A program made the translations under genes and the position numbers. This document shows positions 1 to 9,532 of a stretch of DNA of 42,909 bases, piece after piece (the first letter of the stretch is position 1; each line of letters opens with the position of its first letter). A model generated the notes under the pieces. That model was given only the letters and a program-made list of their open reading frames with translations, was not told the origin of the DNA and made no database searches. The DNA is from Myroides sp. (GTDB lineage: Bacteria; Bacteroidota; Bacteroidia; Flavobacteriales; Flavobacteriaceae), in contig JAHAYQ010000125.1 of the NCBI GenBank assembly GCA_018384465.1, forward strand, positions 1-42,909. The letters are read 5' to 3'.

Positions 1-130
1 CTGAAGGTATTGTTTCAGTTACAGGAGCAGAAGTTTGCTCTGTACTTGCGGCTTTTTTCTCTGTATTTCCGTTACATGCTGTTAAAGCCAGTATTGAAGA
101 GGCGATTAAGCCTAAAAATAAATGTTTCAT
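1..130 (-). CDS. Lipoprotein, N-terminal part only (runs off window); probably metal-cluster associated
   Basis: Manual translation MKHLFLGLIASSILALTACNGNTEKKAAST...; lipobox LTAC; open to window edge; alternative ATG at 136. Confidence 0.7.
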   Translation of the reverse strand, partial: MKHLFLGLIASSILALTACNGNTEKKAASTEQTSAPVTETIPS

Positions 131-151
131 TGTCATGATTTTTGTTAATTG

Positions 152-556
152 TTAAAACTGTTTTATATAATTTGTAAATGTTGCTTTATTTTCAAAATAG
201 GAAACCTCTCCATTATTACCCGTAATAGCTATCAGCGCAGCTGCTTTATCTACATGCTTTTTTGAAAAAGGGTCAATTGCGACACGAACCGATTCATCCT
301 TAGGTATACGTTCTTTACACATTTGGCAACAACCATAATATGTCTTTCCTTCAAACTCTACTTCGAATTGCTTCTTACCCATGTATTCATTATTTACCAT
401 GCAAACCAAATCATTAGGCACGATATCCCCTTTGTTAAAAACATTTGGATTGCTATCCGTTACGTTTTGCTCTTTCTTTTTCGAGGTTTCATTGGAGTTT
501 CCGCTACAAGAAGTTAGTGTAGCTAAAATCATCAAAGCGTATAAAATAATCTTCAT
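152..556 (-). CDS. YHS/TRASH-like metal-binding lipoprotein
   Basis: Lipobox LTSC; VCMVNN...GKTYYGCCQMC motif; AIDPFS repeat. Confidence 0.7.
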   Translation of the reverse strand: MKIILYALMILATLTSCSGNSNETSKKKEQNVTDSNPNVFNKGDIVPNDLVCMVNNEYMGKKQFEVEFEGKTYYGCCQMCKERIPKDESVRVAIDPFSKKHVDKAAALIAITGNNGEVSYFENKATFTNYIKQF

Positions 557-567
557 ATTGTGATTAA

Positions 568-1440
568 TTATTTGATAGTTTCAATAATATTTCCACATGT
601 CAGCATCTTATTGCCGTAATATGGGTTTTTAACCGCTTCTTCCTTGCTTAACCAATTTGCTCCTTTACCACTATTATACATTGGGCAATGCTGATAGTAA
701 ACAGGTGTTTCTTGCTTTGATACTTTGGTTAACTCATACATATATTTAGACAGCAATGCAAAGGCTTCCCTTTGTTTTGAAATATCTTTGGTTGCGGCAA
801 TATTTCCAGCATTGTCCGTTAAATCTTTCAATGCCTTCATCCAAACGGCATGTTCTTCGTTTGAAAGTTTTGTCATTTCTACCGCTTTAATTGCTTTTAC
901 CAGTTCAGCGGCCTTTGCAAATGAATTACCTGCATCGGTTTTCACCAACGCATCTTTTACCAAGTAATAATTATCGAAAACAGCTTTTAACTGTTGTCCC
1001 TCTTGAGCGGCAGTAACTTTTGTTTGGTTCATATCGTTATGGCCTTTATGCTCATTATGCATCAGCATATCCGCATCTTTAGCTTTTACAACTGGCTTAG
1101 CCACTCGATCATATTGGCAACATTCAGGCAATTTGGTATATACATCATCAGGAGCTAAGAAGTTGTCACTGTCGTACCCTGCTAAAGCAATACGTTTAAG
1201 TATTTCATCTTGATTCGTTTTATTAGCATCATAAGTAAACGTAGCCATTTTAGTATCTTCATTCCATTCTACGTTGGCTACTTTGTTCACGTTACCAGCT
1301 TTTTCGATATTGGCTTTACACATATCGCAATTGCCATATATTTTTACGGTTTCTGTTTTCGCATTTTTGATTTGTGCAAAACTGTTCATGGATGATAGTA
1401 ATACGACGATTACCATCACTATTTTTGATAATGATTTCAT
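568..1440 (-). CDS. Exported heavy-metal-binding protein, HMA domain + DUF3347
   Basis: Signal peptide; GNCDMC HMA motif; LPECCQY; C-terminal CPM...WLS...NPYYG..MLTCG typical of DUF3347 proteins. Confidence 0.85.
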   Translation of the reverse strand: MKSLSKIVMVIVVLLSSMNSFAQIKNAKTETVKIYGNCDMCKANIEKAGNVNKVANVEWNEDTKMATFTYDANKTNQDEILKRIALAGYDSDNFLAPDDVYTKLPECCQYDRVAKPVVKAKDADMLMHNEHKGHNDMNQTKVTAAQEGQQLKAVFDNYYLVKDALVKTDAGNSFAKAAELVKAIKAVEMTKLSNEEHAVWMKALKDLTDNAGNIAATKDISKQREAFALLSKYMYELTKVSKQETPVYYQHCPMYNSGKGANWLSKEEAVKNPYYGNKMLTCGNIIETIK

Positions 1441-1533
1441 TTTGAAAATTTTAGATAATTAAGATATAAGATGAGTGTCGAAAACTGTATTTAGTTCTCG
1501 ACAAGACCTACCTGTGGCTATCAAGCCATAGTT

Positions 1534-1911
1534 TTAACCTATTTTAGGCGGTTGCCAAATGGAATAAACCCCTGAAGAATAATAGGGTTGTTTATAGAAT
1601 GAGTATGATTTTTCGTTCTCAAAAAAGAAAGTGTTATGAGAATATTTAAGATTCTGAATCCAGTGTGTTGGAGAAGAATTGTGACAGGATTTTGCATCAC
1701 AAGCTCCTAAACAACCGGAATCGCCCTCGCTATCTTTGCAACAGTTCTTTTTGCAAGCCTGTTTACTTTGATGATCAGAAGAATGATCGCAACAAGATTT
1801 ATCTTTTTTAACGATTTCGGTTTTATGGGATGAGCATGCCAAAGCCTCTCCTGGAATTAGAAAAAATCCCAGCAAGCACATACTTAAGAATATCTTTAGT
1901 AAGTTAGACAT
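1534..1911 (-). CDS. Cys/His-rich exported small protein ending IWQPPKIG (possible regulatory leader)
   Basis: Signal-like N-terminus, CC/CxxxC clusters, C-terminal WQPP; first gene of the metal cluster. Confidence 0.7.
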   Translation of the reverse strand: MSNLLKIFLSMCLLGFFLIPGEALACSSHKTEIVKKDKSCCDHSSDHQSKQACKKNCCKDSEGDSGCLGACDAKSCHNSSPTHWIQNLKYSHNTFFFENEKSYSFYKQPYYSSGVYSIWQPPKIG

Positions 1912-1943
1912 ATACCTTGCTTATAATAAACTTCATCGCTATG

Positions 1944-1951
1944 CAAATTTA
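1944..1951 (-). promoter_or_regulatory. Bacteroidetes -7 promoter element for the metal cluster
   Basis: TAAATTTG on minus strand matches TAnnTTTG, ~30 bp upstream of the 1911 start. Confidence 0.6.
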
Positions 1952-2159
1952 TACTATTTTTTTATAAGAATCCTTATTTTTTATAAATATGTGCGTAAGG
2001 AACAATAATTATATTATCAAACCCTATAATACTAGGTATTGATTTCTTTATTTTAGAAATTGTCTGTTTCATCTGCTGTTCAGTTTCACCATCGGATGTA
2101 ACGATTAGCACTTATCCTTACTAGTTGTATCAACTTTCCAATAAATGTTGAATTTAGTT

Positions 2160-4157
2160 TTATTTCTGCACCAAATGCTGCAAGTCAGGATCGTTTTTGA
2201 TACGTTCTAATTCCTTTTCCACAACCTCAACGATATCCTGTTTTATCTGTTTATAATTGTTTTCTATTTCTTGCTTCATATTGTCTACCCCATTTTCATC
2301 AATAAAGGATAATATCTGCGGTATCTTCTTATAGGCTTTAGTCTCGGCTAAAACCTTATCATTATCCACTACAATTTCAGCATGAAAGATTTTCTGTTCG
2401 ATACGCTCCTCAAAGTTATCCGAAACTGCTCCTACGAACATACCTTGTGTCAACGTTGAAATCTTAGAAGCTGGAATCAAGCTGTCTAATTGTGTGGAAA
2501 TAGAAGTTGATGTATCATTTCTATTGATCGATATGCTCTGACGTTTTTGCAAAACTTTACCAAAACGTTCTGAAAGACTTTTTGCTGTTTCACCAACTAC
2601 CTGACCACTAAAAATATTACCTACCGTATTTTGAATTACCTTGCTTTCTTTATCGCCATAATCTCGGATCAGCTGCGAATAATCTTGAAATCCTAAACAA
2701 ACGGCTACTTTATTACTTCGGGCAGTTGCTATCAAATTGTCTAATCCTCTGAAATAAATCGTAGGTAATTCGTCTATAATGACCGAACTTTTGAGTTGCC
2801 CTTTCTTGTTGATCAGCTTCACAATTCTGGAATTGTATAGTCCCAAAGCTGCGGAATAGATGTTTTGGCGGTCGGGGTTATTACCGACACAAAGAATTTT
2901 GGGTGCTGCCGGATTGTTGATGTCCAATGTAAAATCATCTCCTGTCATTACCCAATAAAGCTGTGGCGAAATCATTCGTGATAAAGGAATTTTAGCTGAA
3001 GCAATTTGTCCTTGTAATTGATCTTGTGCACCTCCTTGCCACGCATCCATAAAAGGTGATAAATAGTTTTCCAAATCGGGATAAGAAGTCATAATGGTAA
3101 ATACATCTGAATACTTTTTGTTCAGCAATTCTATAGCGTGTGGAAAGGTACAATACTTACCATTCTCGTAAATTTTCAAAAACCAGATGATAGCCGCCAA
3201 AAGAATAATTGGAGATTCGACAAAGAAATCACCTTGTTTTTGTATCCAGCTTCTGTTTAGGTTCAGCATGATGGTATAGGCTGCTTCGTAAGCATCGGAT
3301 ATGTCGGTCATAAAATCAGGGTTGAGCGGATTGCAACGGTGGCTCTTGCGTGGATCGTCAAAATTGATGACGTAGAACTTTGGTTTTATTTCGTACTTAT
3401 CCTGATGTTTCAATAAATGATTATAAGCAATCGTAGAAAGATCGTCAAACTTGAAATCGTAGATGTACATACTAAATCCCTTTTCTATATGCTGCTTGAT
3501 ATAGTTGTTTACGACGGCATACGATTTACCCGAACCCGGAGTTCCCAAAACAATCGTTGCTCTGAAAGGGTTTACAATATTGATCCAGCCCTTGTGTTCC
3601 TTTTTATTGTACCAGAATTTGGTGGGCAGGTTTACCGAATATTCATTTTCCATCAGTTTGGTTTCCTGCATAAAACTTTCATTCTCCATATTGAAAACAT
3701 CATCCATGAGATTGTTTTTCAACAATCTGCTTATCCAAACCCCAGCCATCAGCAAAGCAATATAACCTAGTCCGATAGTCAGTATATAAAAGGATGTGCC
3801 AATGATCGGTGACAACTTTAACAGTGGCGTATTCATAAAGAACAGCACAAAACCAATGCCCAAAGCCACATAAATCTTTGACCAGGTTATCTTCTCGTTC
3901 TTGACACCTTTGGTCCCTAAACAGCTTAAAGCCAGTAACACGATTGCAAATACTTTGGTATATAAAGTATGTGTAAACAAACCAGCTGTTCGGTCAAAAT
4001 TGCCTAATATTTTATTGATTACTTTTAGTGTCCAGCCACGTTCCAGAAAGAAACCATAGCAAAACCAATAAAGATGCATCAGTACTAATAGAATACTGAC
4101 TGCTCTCATAAATGCCATTATTTTGGCTAAACCTCTTAAATCGTCTTCTCCTTGCAT
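2160..4157 (-). CDS. mobC: Type IV coupling protein (YWFCY domain, VirD4/TraG-like)
   Basis: MQGEDDLRGL start, YWFCY motif, Walker A GTPGSGKS, Walker B IIDELPT. Confidence 0.95.
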   Translation of the reverse strand: MQGEDDLRGLAKIMAFMRAVSILLVLMHLYWFCYGFFLERGWTLKVINKILGNFDRTAGLFTHTLYTKVFAIVLLALSCLGTKGVKNEKITWSKIYVALGIGFVLFFMNTPLLKLSPIIGTSFYILTIGLGYIALLMAGVWISRLLKNNLMDDVFNMENESFMQETKLMENEYSVNLPTKFWYNKKEHKGWINIVNPFRATIVLGTPGSGKSYAVVNNYIKQHIEKGFSMYIYDFKFDDLSTIAYNHLLKHQDKYEIKPKFYVINFDDPRKSHRCNPLNPDFMTDISDAYEAAYTIMLNLNRSWIQKQGDFFVESPIILLAAIIWFLKIYENGKYCTFPHAIELLNKKYSDVFTIMTSYPDLENYLSPFMDAWQGGAQDQLQGQIASAKIPLSRMISPQLYWVMTGDDFTLDINNPAAPKILCVGNNPDRQNIYSAALGLYNSRIVKLINKKGQLKSSVIIDELPTIYFRGLDNLIATARSNKVAVCLGFQDYSQLIRDYGDKESKVIQNTVGNIFSGQVVGETAKSLSERFGKVLQKRQSISINRNDTSTSISTQLDSLIPASKISTLTQGMFVGAVSDNFEERIEQKIFHAEIVVDNDKVLAETKAYKKIPQILSFIDENGVDNMKQEIENNYKQIKQDIVEVVEKELERIKNDPDLQHLVQK

Positions 4158-4217
4158 TATTTTAAATTTTAATGTTCGGGCGTGAATTTAAAGATGCTAA
4201 AGAGTGATTATGATAAT

Positions 4218-4252
4218 GTGGCAGCCGATGGCGGTGAGTGGCTGACTTTGGC
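4218..4252 (-). promoter_or_regulatory. 4xGCC 10-bp-phased operator upstream of mobC
   Basis: Minus strand GCCAAAGTCA GCCACTCACC GCCATCGGCT GCCAC, then 27 bp to TAAATTCA (4190-4183). Confidence 0.65.
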
Positions 4253-4259
4253 TTTTCAG

Positions 4260-5549
4260 TTACTTTTGCCCCCTTTTGTATTTCCGTTTTTTCTTCATCC
4301 TATTAGCGAAATCCAATTCCTCGTAATCTTCGCCCTGCGCTTCGGGCAATAATCCACCCAACGCCTCAATCAAACCATCTTCGTGTTTATCGGTATTTAA
4401 GAAGTCAAATAATTGATGAGGTTTTTCCGAAGATAAATTATCTTCATCGTTGGAATGTGATACTTTTTGTTGAGGTTGACTAGGCTCTTTAATCTCCGGT
4501 TTGATATTATTGTTCCAAAAATCATTAAAAGTATTCGCAGAAAGCTCCTTCCCCAAACGCGAACCATTCCAAACCGTTTTAGAATTGTGGTCAATAAAAG
4601 TCATTCCGTAAATACGACCAGTATCATTTCTACGCACCACAACATTAATGCCTTGTTCGCCTAATTGTTTTTTAAAGGTTTGTTCATCACTTGTAGATTG
4701 CAGGGCCATAGTAACAGCTGATTTTACAGTCTGTTTAGTTGGAAAGTTTTTTAAGTTTTCTTTCGATTTTTCAAAATGTAATTCCAATGCCGAAATTCCT
4801 GCATCTTTTCCGAATAAGGAAGCTTTAAAAGGATGACTTACTTTTTCCCCTTTATCGTTCAATGCGAAATACAATAATCCTTGTTGGAATTTACCTTGTA
4901 GTTCGCCTTCCACTTTATCTGTCGTAATATGGAACAAGGATAACAAAGCATTGTATTCACCTAAAGTTTGGAACTGATAATACTTAGGCAAATGCCGAAT
5001 AACCGAAGCAATCTGACTTTTTATATCGCCAGTTTGATAATCCACAGGACGAAAGATTTTGTCGTTCTGTTGTCGCTCCTTATCTGTTGCTGGGATTAAA
5101 TCGTGTTTTCTTTCGAGTTCACGACACACATTCATAGACCGTCTTTTTTCAAATTTATCTGAAATCTTTTTACCCTCTTCATCCACGCAAACCGATACGA
5201 TATGAATATGACTGCGATCAATATCGGTATGCTTAAAGACTACAAATGGTTGTTCACCGTACCCCATTTCACGCATATATTCTTCCGCCATTTCCCTAAA
5301 CTTATCATCATCTACATTATCCTTGGGATCAGGATTGAGCGAAATATGCAACGTATGTTTCTCGGTATTGCGGTTGGCGATGAGATAAGGAGCAAAAGAT
5401 TGGGCTAATTGTGCTACGGAATAATGTCCGTTAGCAGTTTCAATCATCTTATTGGCGAACAAAATTTGTCCATTTTCGTTCTCCACTTTCAAATTGTTAT
5501 ATGCCAATGCTCCGTATAGATTTTCGCTTCTTCCGATTTTTGCAATCAT
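4260..5549 (-). CDS. mobB: Relaxase (MOBP-type)
   Basis: ALAYN catalytic Tyr, HISLNP, HTDIDRSHIHIVS HUH motif. Confidence 0.95.
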   Translation of the reverse strand: MIAKIGRSENLYGALAYNNLKVENENGQILFANKMIETANGHYSVAQLAQSFAPYLIANRNTEKHTLHISLNPDPKDNVDDDKFREMAEEYMREMGYGEQPFVVFKHTDIDRSHIHIVSVCVDEEGKKISDKFEKRRSMNVCRELERKHDLIPATDKERQQNDKIFRPVDYQTGDIKSQIASVIRHLPKYYQFQTLGEYNALLSLFHITTDKVEGELQGKFQQGLLYFALNDKGEKVSHPFKASLFGKDAGISALELHFEKSKENLKNFPTKQTVKSAVTMALQSTSDEQTFKKQLGEQGINVVVRRNDTGRIYGMTFIDHNSKTVWNGSRLGKELSANTFNDFWNNNIKPEIKEPSQPQQKVSHSNDEDNLSSEKPHQLFDFLNTDKHEDGLIEALGGLLPEAQGEDYEELDFANRMKKKRKYKRGQK

Positions 5550-5557
5550 TTCTGCTG

Positions 5558-5992
5558 TTATTTTTTCAGATATTTCACATCAAATTCTTCCGTTATCCGG
5601 ACAATTTCTTTAAACAAGGCGGTCATTTCAGCCGTATGTTTTTCCAATTTATAAAGATATGCTGCTGCCTTTTTCTCCGAAAAGTTCTTATACAATAGCT
5701 TCACAACCTGATTATAATTCACGCCAATAGATCGAAATTGACTGTGAAACGAAGTCAATCGCATATAAAAATCAATTGTTCCTTTGTCTATTTTAATCGA
5801 TTTCATCGTCTTATCGAAGATACAAGACGTTATAAAATGTGCCTTAACCTGCATACCCGACTTTTCAAATAAGTCAAGAAAACGGGCATGCTCTTCCTCA
5901 TTAAAGGAAATCGTGTACCGGATTTTAGCGGGGTCGTTTTTAAGAGGACGGCCTCCCTTTTTTAACTGCTTTCTGCTGTTTTCATTCATCAC
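5558..5992 (-). CDS. mobA: Relaxosome accessory (RHH) protein
   Basis: GGRP start, IGVNYNQVVK motif, directly upstream of relaxase. Confidence 0.9.
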   Translation of the reverse strand: MMNENSRKQLKKGGRPLKNDPAKIRYTISFNEEEHARFLDLFEKSGMQVKAHFITSCIFDKTMKSIKIDKGTIDFYMRLTSFHSQFRSIGVNYNQVVKLLYKNFSEKKAAAYLYKLEKHTAEMTALFKEIVRITEEFDVKYLKK

Positions 5993-6053
5993 TAATCCAT
6001 TTATAATTTACACAAAACCCTGACTTCGGAAGGTGTTTTTCAGCTCCCAGCAG

Positions 6054-6150
6054 GGCAAGTTGTTTTGAGCATCGGAAATCTTTTCGAGATGCTCAAAACA
6101 CAACTTGCCGTGTTCTGGTGAACACAAAAATCCGCCCTTCGGGACGGATT
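6054..6150. other. Probable oriT (inverted-repeat cluster)
   Basis: IR GGCAAGTTG-TTTTGAGCATC...GATGCTCAAAACACAACTTGCC (6054-6109) plus hairpins at 6110-6125 and 6129-6150, between divergent mobA and traA. Confidence 0.75.
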
Positions 6151-6287
6151 AAATGTAGCAGGGAAAAACGGTTTGATGCCGTTCTGCTTTTGTCCATTTC
6201 CTCAAGATGCCTTTGCATAAATCTGTTAATAAAATTCTATATACAAAGTAAGATACTACTTATGAGAGCATCACAATCAGACACATA

Positions 6288-6357
6288 GCCAAACACTGCC
6301 TTTGGGTGCCAAAGACTACCACACATCAATAACGAGCCGATTCAATCGCTTTATTTG
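6288..6357 (+). promoter_or_regulatory. 4xGCC operator and -7 element upstream of traA
   Basis: GCCAAACACT GCCTTTGGGT GCCAAAGACT ACCAC, 27 bp, TTTATTTG. Confidence 0.65.
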
Positions 6358-6662
6358 CCGTATAGTTTTAGTGCAGGTAATAAAAATTGTAATGAGGATA
6401 AAAAATAAATTGGGTTTTAGTACAGAAATTTTGGAATAAAAGCATAGGGTTTTAAAAACATAAAAGCGGTAAAGCAATTTACAAGTTGTAAGGTTTTCCA
6501 GTTGCTAAAAATGATTACCCACCAAGCAGTAATAAAAGAAAATAACAATCAAGAAAATTTCCAAAAAGGGAATACAGGCATATAGGAAATAGGTACTATT
6601 TAAATAAACCAATATTCAAACCTGCCAAATAAATAAAATATGTAACAATAAATCTTTAAATA

Positions 6663-7430
6663 ATGGAAACAAAAAAGAAAACTTTAAAAATCAGTTTTTC
6701 AACGCCTAAAGGGGGTGTTGGAAAATCTACTATGACCGCATTACTTTCAAGTGTATTGCATTATCGTTTAGGTTTTAATGTCCTTGTAATGGATTGTGAT
6801 TTCCCACAACACAGCTTAGCCAATATGAGGGAAAGGGATTTGAAAACTATTATGCAGAATGATTACCATAAAAGAGCTGCAATGAAGTTGTATCAAAGTA
6901 TCAATAAAAAAGCATATCCGATTATCAGTTGTAAACCGGAGGATGCCTTGTCAAAGGCTTTAGAATACGTAAATCAATCTGCAATAGAGCCTGATATAAC
7001 TTTTTTTGACCTTCCCGGAACAGCTAATACAAAAGGTGTGCTCAGTACCTTAAGAACAATGGATTTTATTTTTTCTCCAATTAGTGCTGACCGTCTAGTT
7101 ATGGAAAGTACACTGAGCTTTACTAAAGCATTCCTTGGCTTGCCTGAAACGGAGGAGAGTAACGAAGATCAGAAAATGTGGATGTTTTGGAATCAGGTAG
7201 ATGGTCGAGAGAAAACAGGAATATACGAGGCTTATCAAAGCGTTATTAACGAACTAGATTTATCTGTGATGAATTCTCGGATAATGGATAGTAAACGTTT
7301 CAGAAAAGAGACGGACGATACACCGAACAGTGTATTTCGGTCAAGTCTGTTACCTGCCGAACCTCAACTAATGAAAGTAACGAGACTGGATTTATTTATT
7401 GAAGAATTTTTAAAAATTGTTAATCTCTAA
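6663..7430 (+). CDS. traA: ParA-family ATPase TraA
   Basis: Deviant Walker A KGGVGKST, DCDFPQHS, FFDLPGT; first gene of tra cluster. Confidence 0.9.
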   Translation: METKKKTLKISFSTPKGGVGKSTMTALLSSVLHYRLGFNVLVMDCDFPQHSLANMRERDLKTIMQNDYHKRAAMKLYQSINKKAYPIISCKPEDALSKALEYVNQSAIEPDITFFDLPGTANTKGVLSTLRTMDFIFSPISADRLVMESTLSFTKAFLGLPETEESNEDQKMWMFWNQVDGREKTGIYEAYQSVINELDLSVMNSRIMDSKRFRKETDDTPNSVFRSSLLPAEPQLMKVTRLDLFIEEFLKIVNL

Positions 7431-7441
7431 AATAGTTAAGT

Positions 7442-7846
7442 ATGTCAACAGATAAGAGAAGAAAAGATTTCGATAAGCCCGATGTTGATGAAGAATTAAT
7501 CATGAATATCATGAGTGGTAATCAATCTGTTACTATACCCGAAGTTATTCAACAACAGGAAATACAGAAGGAAACAAAACCAAAAGAAAAAGCCCGCAAT
7601 AGTTCCTTAAAGAAAGTGGATTATGAGGAGACATTTCTGGTCAATCGTTTTCCTTCAGGTCGAAACGGAAAGGTCGTTTACATTCGTCCGGAATATCACG
7701 AAAGGTTGTTACGTATAGTACAATTAACAAGAGAAGAAAAGACTACACTCTATTCTTATATCGACAACATTCTTGAGCACCATTTTAGGGAGTTTGGAGA
7801 CGATGTTACAAATTATTTCAACGAACGTTTTAAACCAATTTTATAA
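7442..7846 (+). CDS. traB: DUF3408 conjugative transposon protein (TraB-like)
   Basis: YEETFL...KVVYIRPEYHERL...SYIDNILEHHF. Confidence 0.8.
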   Translation: MSTDKRRKDFDKPDVDEELIMNIMSGNQSVTIPEVIQQQEIQKETKPKEKARNSSLKKVDYEETFLVNRFPSGRNGKVVYIRPEYHERLLRIVQLTREEKTTLYSYIDNILEHHFREFGDDVTNYFNERFKPIL

Positions 7847-8118
7847 TGAAAAAAGCAAAGAAAAAACCGAAAAAAGTTTTACGGACAACCGAATACAAAA
7901 CGACATTTCTTACGCCAACAGATTTTTTGGCTCGGAACGGAAAAACAGTGTATATCAACAAAGAATTTCATCACAAACTTACCCAACTTGTATTTATGGT
8001 CGGTGGTGGTAAGCTGACACTTTCAGATTACTTACACAATCTGCTCCAACAGCATTTTGATGATTTCGGGGCTGAAATGAGAGAAGTTTATAACAATTTG
8101 GACAGACCAATTCTTTGA
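7846..8118 (+). CDS. traC: DUF3408 conjugative transposon protein (TraC-like)
   Basis: Paralogous to previous gene (YKTTFL...KTVYI...DYLHNLLQQHF; both end PIL). Confidence 0.75.
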   Translation: MKKAKKKPKKVLRTTEYKTTFLTPTDFLARNGKTVYINKEFHHKLTQLVFMVGGGKLTLSDYLHNLLQQHFDDFGAEMREVYNNLDRPIL

Positions 8119-8120
8119 TC

Positions 8121-8756
8121 ATGGAAATTGTAATAGTAATATGCCTGCTGATAGTTATTGTCCTGCTTTTGCAGGATAAGATTATCATTAAGAAAAGGTC
8201 AAAACAAAAACCTCCGCAGAAGAAAGTCAATCCAGATCTGCCCGATATTATGGGGCAGCCCAAGCCCGTAGAACGCCATTTAGTGCCAAATAGAGCCAAT
8301 GAAAGCCATATAGTGGAACCAGAGGTAAATACCAATAATTTAGACATTGAATACGACGAAAATGAAAACAGGAGTATTCAAATTCCGCAGGAAGAGCTGG
8401 ATGAAGTTTTTAGCAATCAACCTGATTTTGAAGAAGAGGAAGAAGAATGGAACAGGTACGGAATATCCGGTGGCGATAATGGTTTTGCCCAAGGGGTTAC
8501 CTTTGAAGAACTAAGCTCCGTGGGGATGTTGCTTCAGCAAGAAAAACTGGAGTCATCTCAAAAGGAAACAGCGATAGCAATTGTTCAGAAAATACAGGGA
8601 ACCGAATTATTTAGTCTGCTGGAAAATTCTATAGGGAGTGCATCCAGTAAAATTGCCAAGCTATTGGATAGCTCACTCTCATCTGAAACAGAAACCAGTT
8701 CTTCCACTTTGCGGAACAATGATTTAGATGATTTTGATATTGGGGAGTTTGTATAG
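8121..8756 (+). CDS. traD: Conjugal transfer protein TraD-like
   Basis: N-terminal TM segment, DIMG, acidic region, AQGVTFEEL, C-terminal FDIGEFV; ATG at 8121 preferred over TTG at 8115. Confidence 0.75.
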   Translation: MEIVIVICLLIVIVLLLQDKIIIKKRSKQKPPQKKVNPDLPDIMGQPKPVERHLVPNRANESHIVEPEVNTNNLDIEYDENENRSIQIPQEELDEVFSNQPDFEEEEEEWNRYGISGGDNGFAQGVTFEELSSVGMLLQQEKLESSQKETAIAIVQKIQGTELFSLLENSIGSASSKIAKLLDSSLSSETETSSSTLRNNDLDDFDIGEFV

Positions 8757-8774
8757 ACTTCCCTTTGTCTTTTA
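8742..8774 (+). terminator. Probable intrinsic terminator overlapping the traD stop
   Basis: GGGAGTTT-GTAT-AGACTTCCC followed by T-rich tract. Confidence 0.5.
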
Positions 8775-8789
8775 TAAAAATAAGGAAAT

Positions 8790-9329
8790 ATGGAAAATGA
8801 AATTAATCAGGAAGCATACGATATGCGTGTAAATAAAGGAATATTGCCCACAGTTGATATTGCCGGACATACGTTCTATGTAGATATTCGGATGGACATG
8901 CTCCGTCCCAAAGATGACTTTCTATCTAAAGGGATCGTGTTCGATGAAATAGACCACTATTTTTCGGATGAAAGGGATACCTACCTCATACCGTATGATC
9001 CGAAGAAACATGAGTTCAGGGAGTTGGACTATGATAACCTTCTCAGTATTCCCAAAGACCTGATAGCGGTGGAATTTCCTTTCCAAAGGGTACTTGACCC
9101 CATCGGTTGGAATCGGCATGGTGGTTGGGATATCAAGGACGATTTAAAACTTATCGGGCTTAAATCACATTTTCAAGCTAAGACCATTCCCTGGGAAGAA
9201 ACCTTTATCCGTGATATTATTAAGGATAATCTGGAAAAAGTGAAACAAAAATCAGAGAAGGAAAAACAGCCCAATAAGTCAGTTGTCCCACCTAAAGAAC
9301 CGCAGCGTAAAAAAGGCAGAAAAATGTAA
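8790..9329 (+). CDS. Hypothetical ICE protein
   Basis: 179-aa ORF in the tra cluster, basic C-terminus RKKGRKM; family not recognised. Confidence 0.8.
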   Translation: MENEINQEAYDMRVNKGILPTVDIAGHTFYVDIRMDMLRPKDDFLSKGIVFDEIDHYFSDERDTYLIPYDPKKHEFRELDYDNLLSIPKDLIAVEFPFQRVLDPIGWNRHGGWDIKDDLKLIGLKSHFQAKTIPWEETFIRDIIKDNLEKVKQKSEKEKQPNKSVVPPKEPQRKKGRKM

Positions 9330-9351
9330 AACATATTATCAATGAAAATGT

Positions 9352-9387
9352 AAACGTCGAAAAAACACCATGTCTCGGCGTTTTTTT
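9352..9387 (+). terminator. Probable intrinsic terminator
   Basis: AAACGTCGA...TCGGCGTTT followed by T-run. Confidence 0.5.
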
Positions 9388-9409
9388 ATACCCGATTGCT
9401 TATCACACC

Positions 9410-9479
9410 GCCACCCACAGCCAAACAATTCCTCTCACTGCCACTTTGTTAGAACGCTTTGATTTCTGAAACACCTTTG
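9410..9479 (+). promoter_or_regulatory. 4xGCC operator and -7 element upstream of traE
   Basis: GCCACCCACA GCCAAACAAT TCCTCTCACT GCCAC, 27 bp, CACCTTTG. Confidence 0.65.
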
Positions 9480-9532
9480 TCACGAAGCTCGCAAGAAGCG
9501 GGAAGACAATAACAATTTAATGTGTTTCAATT

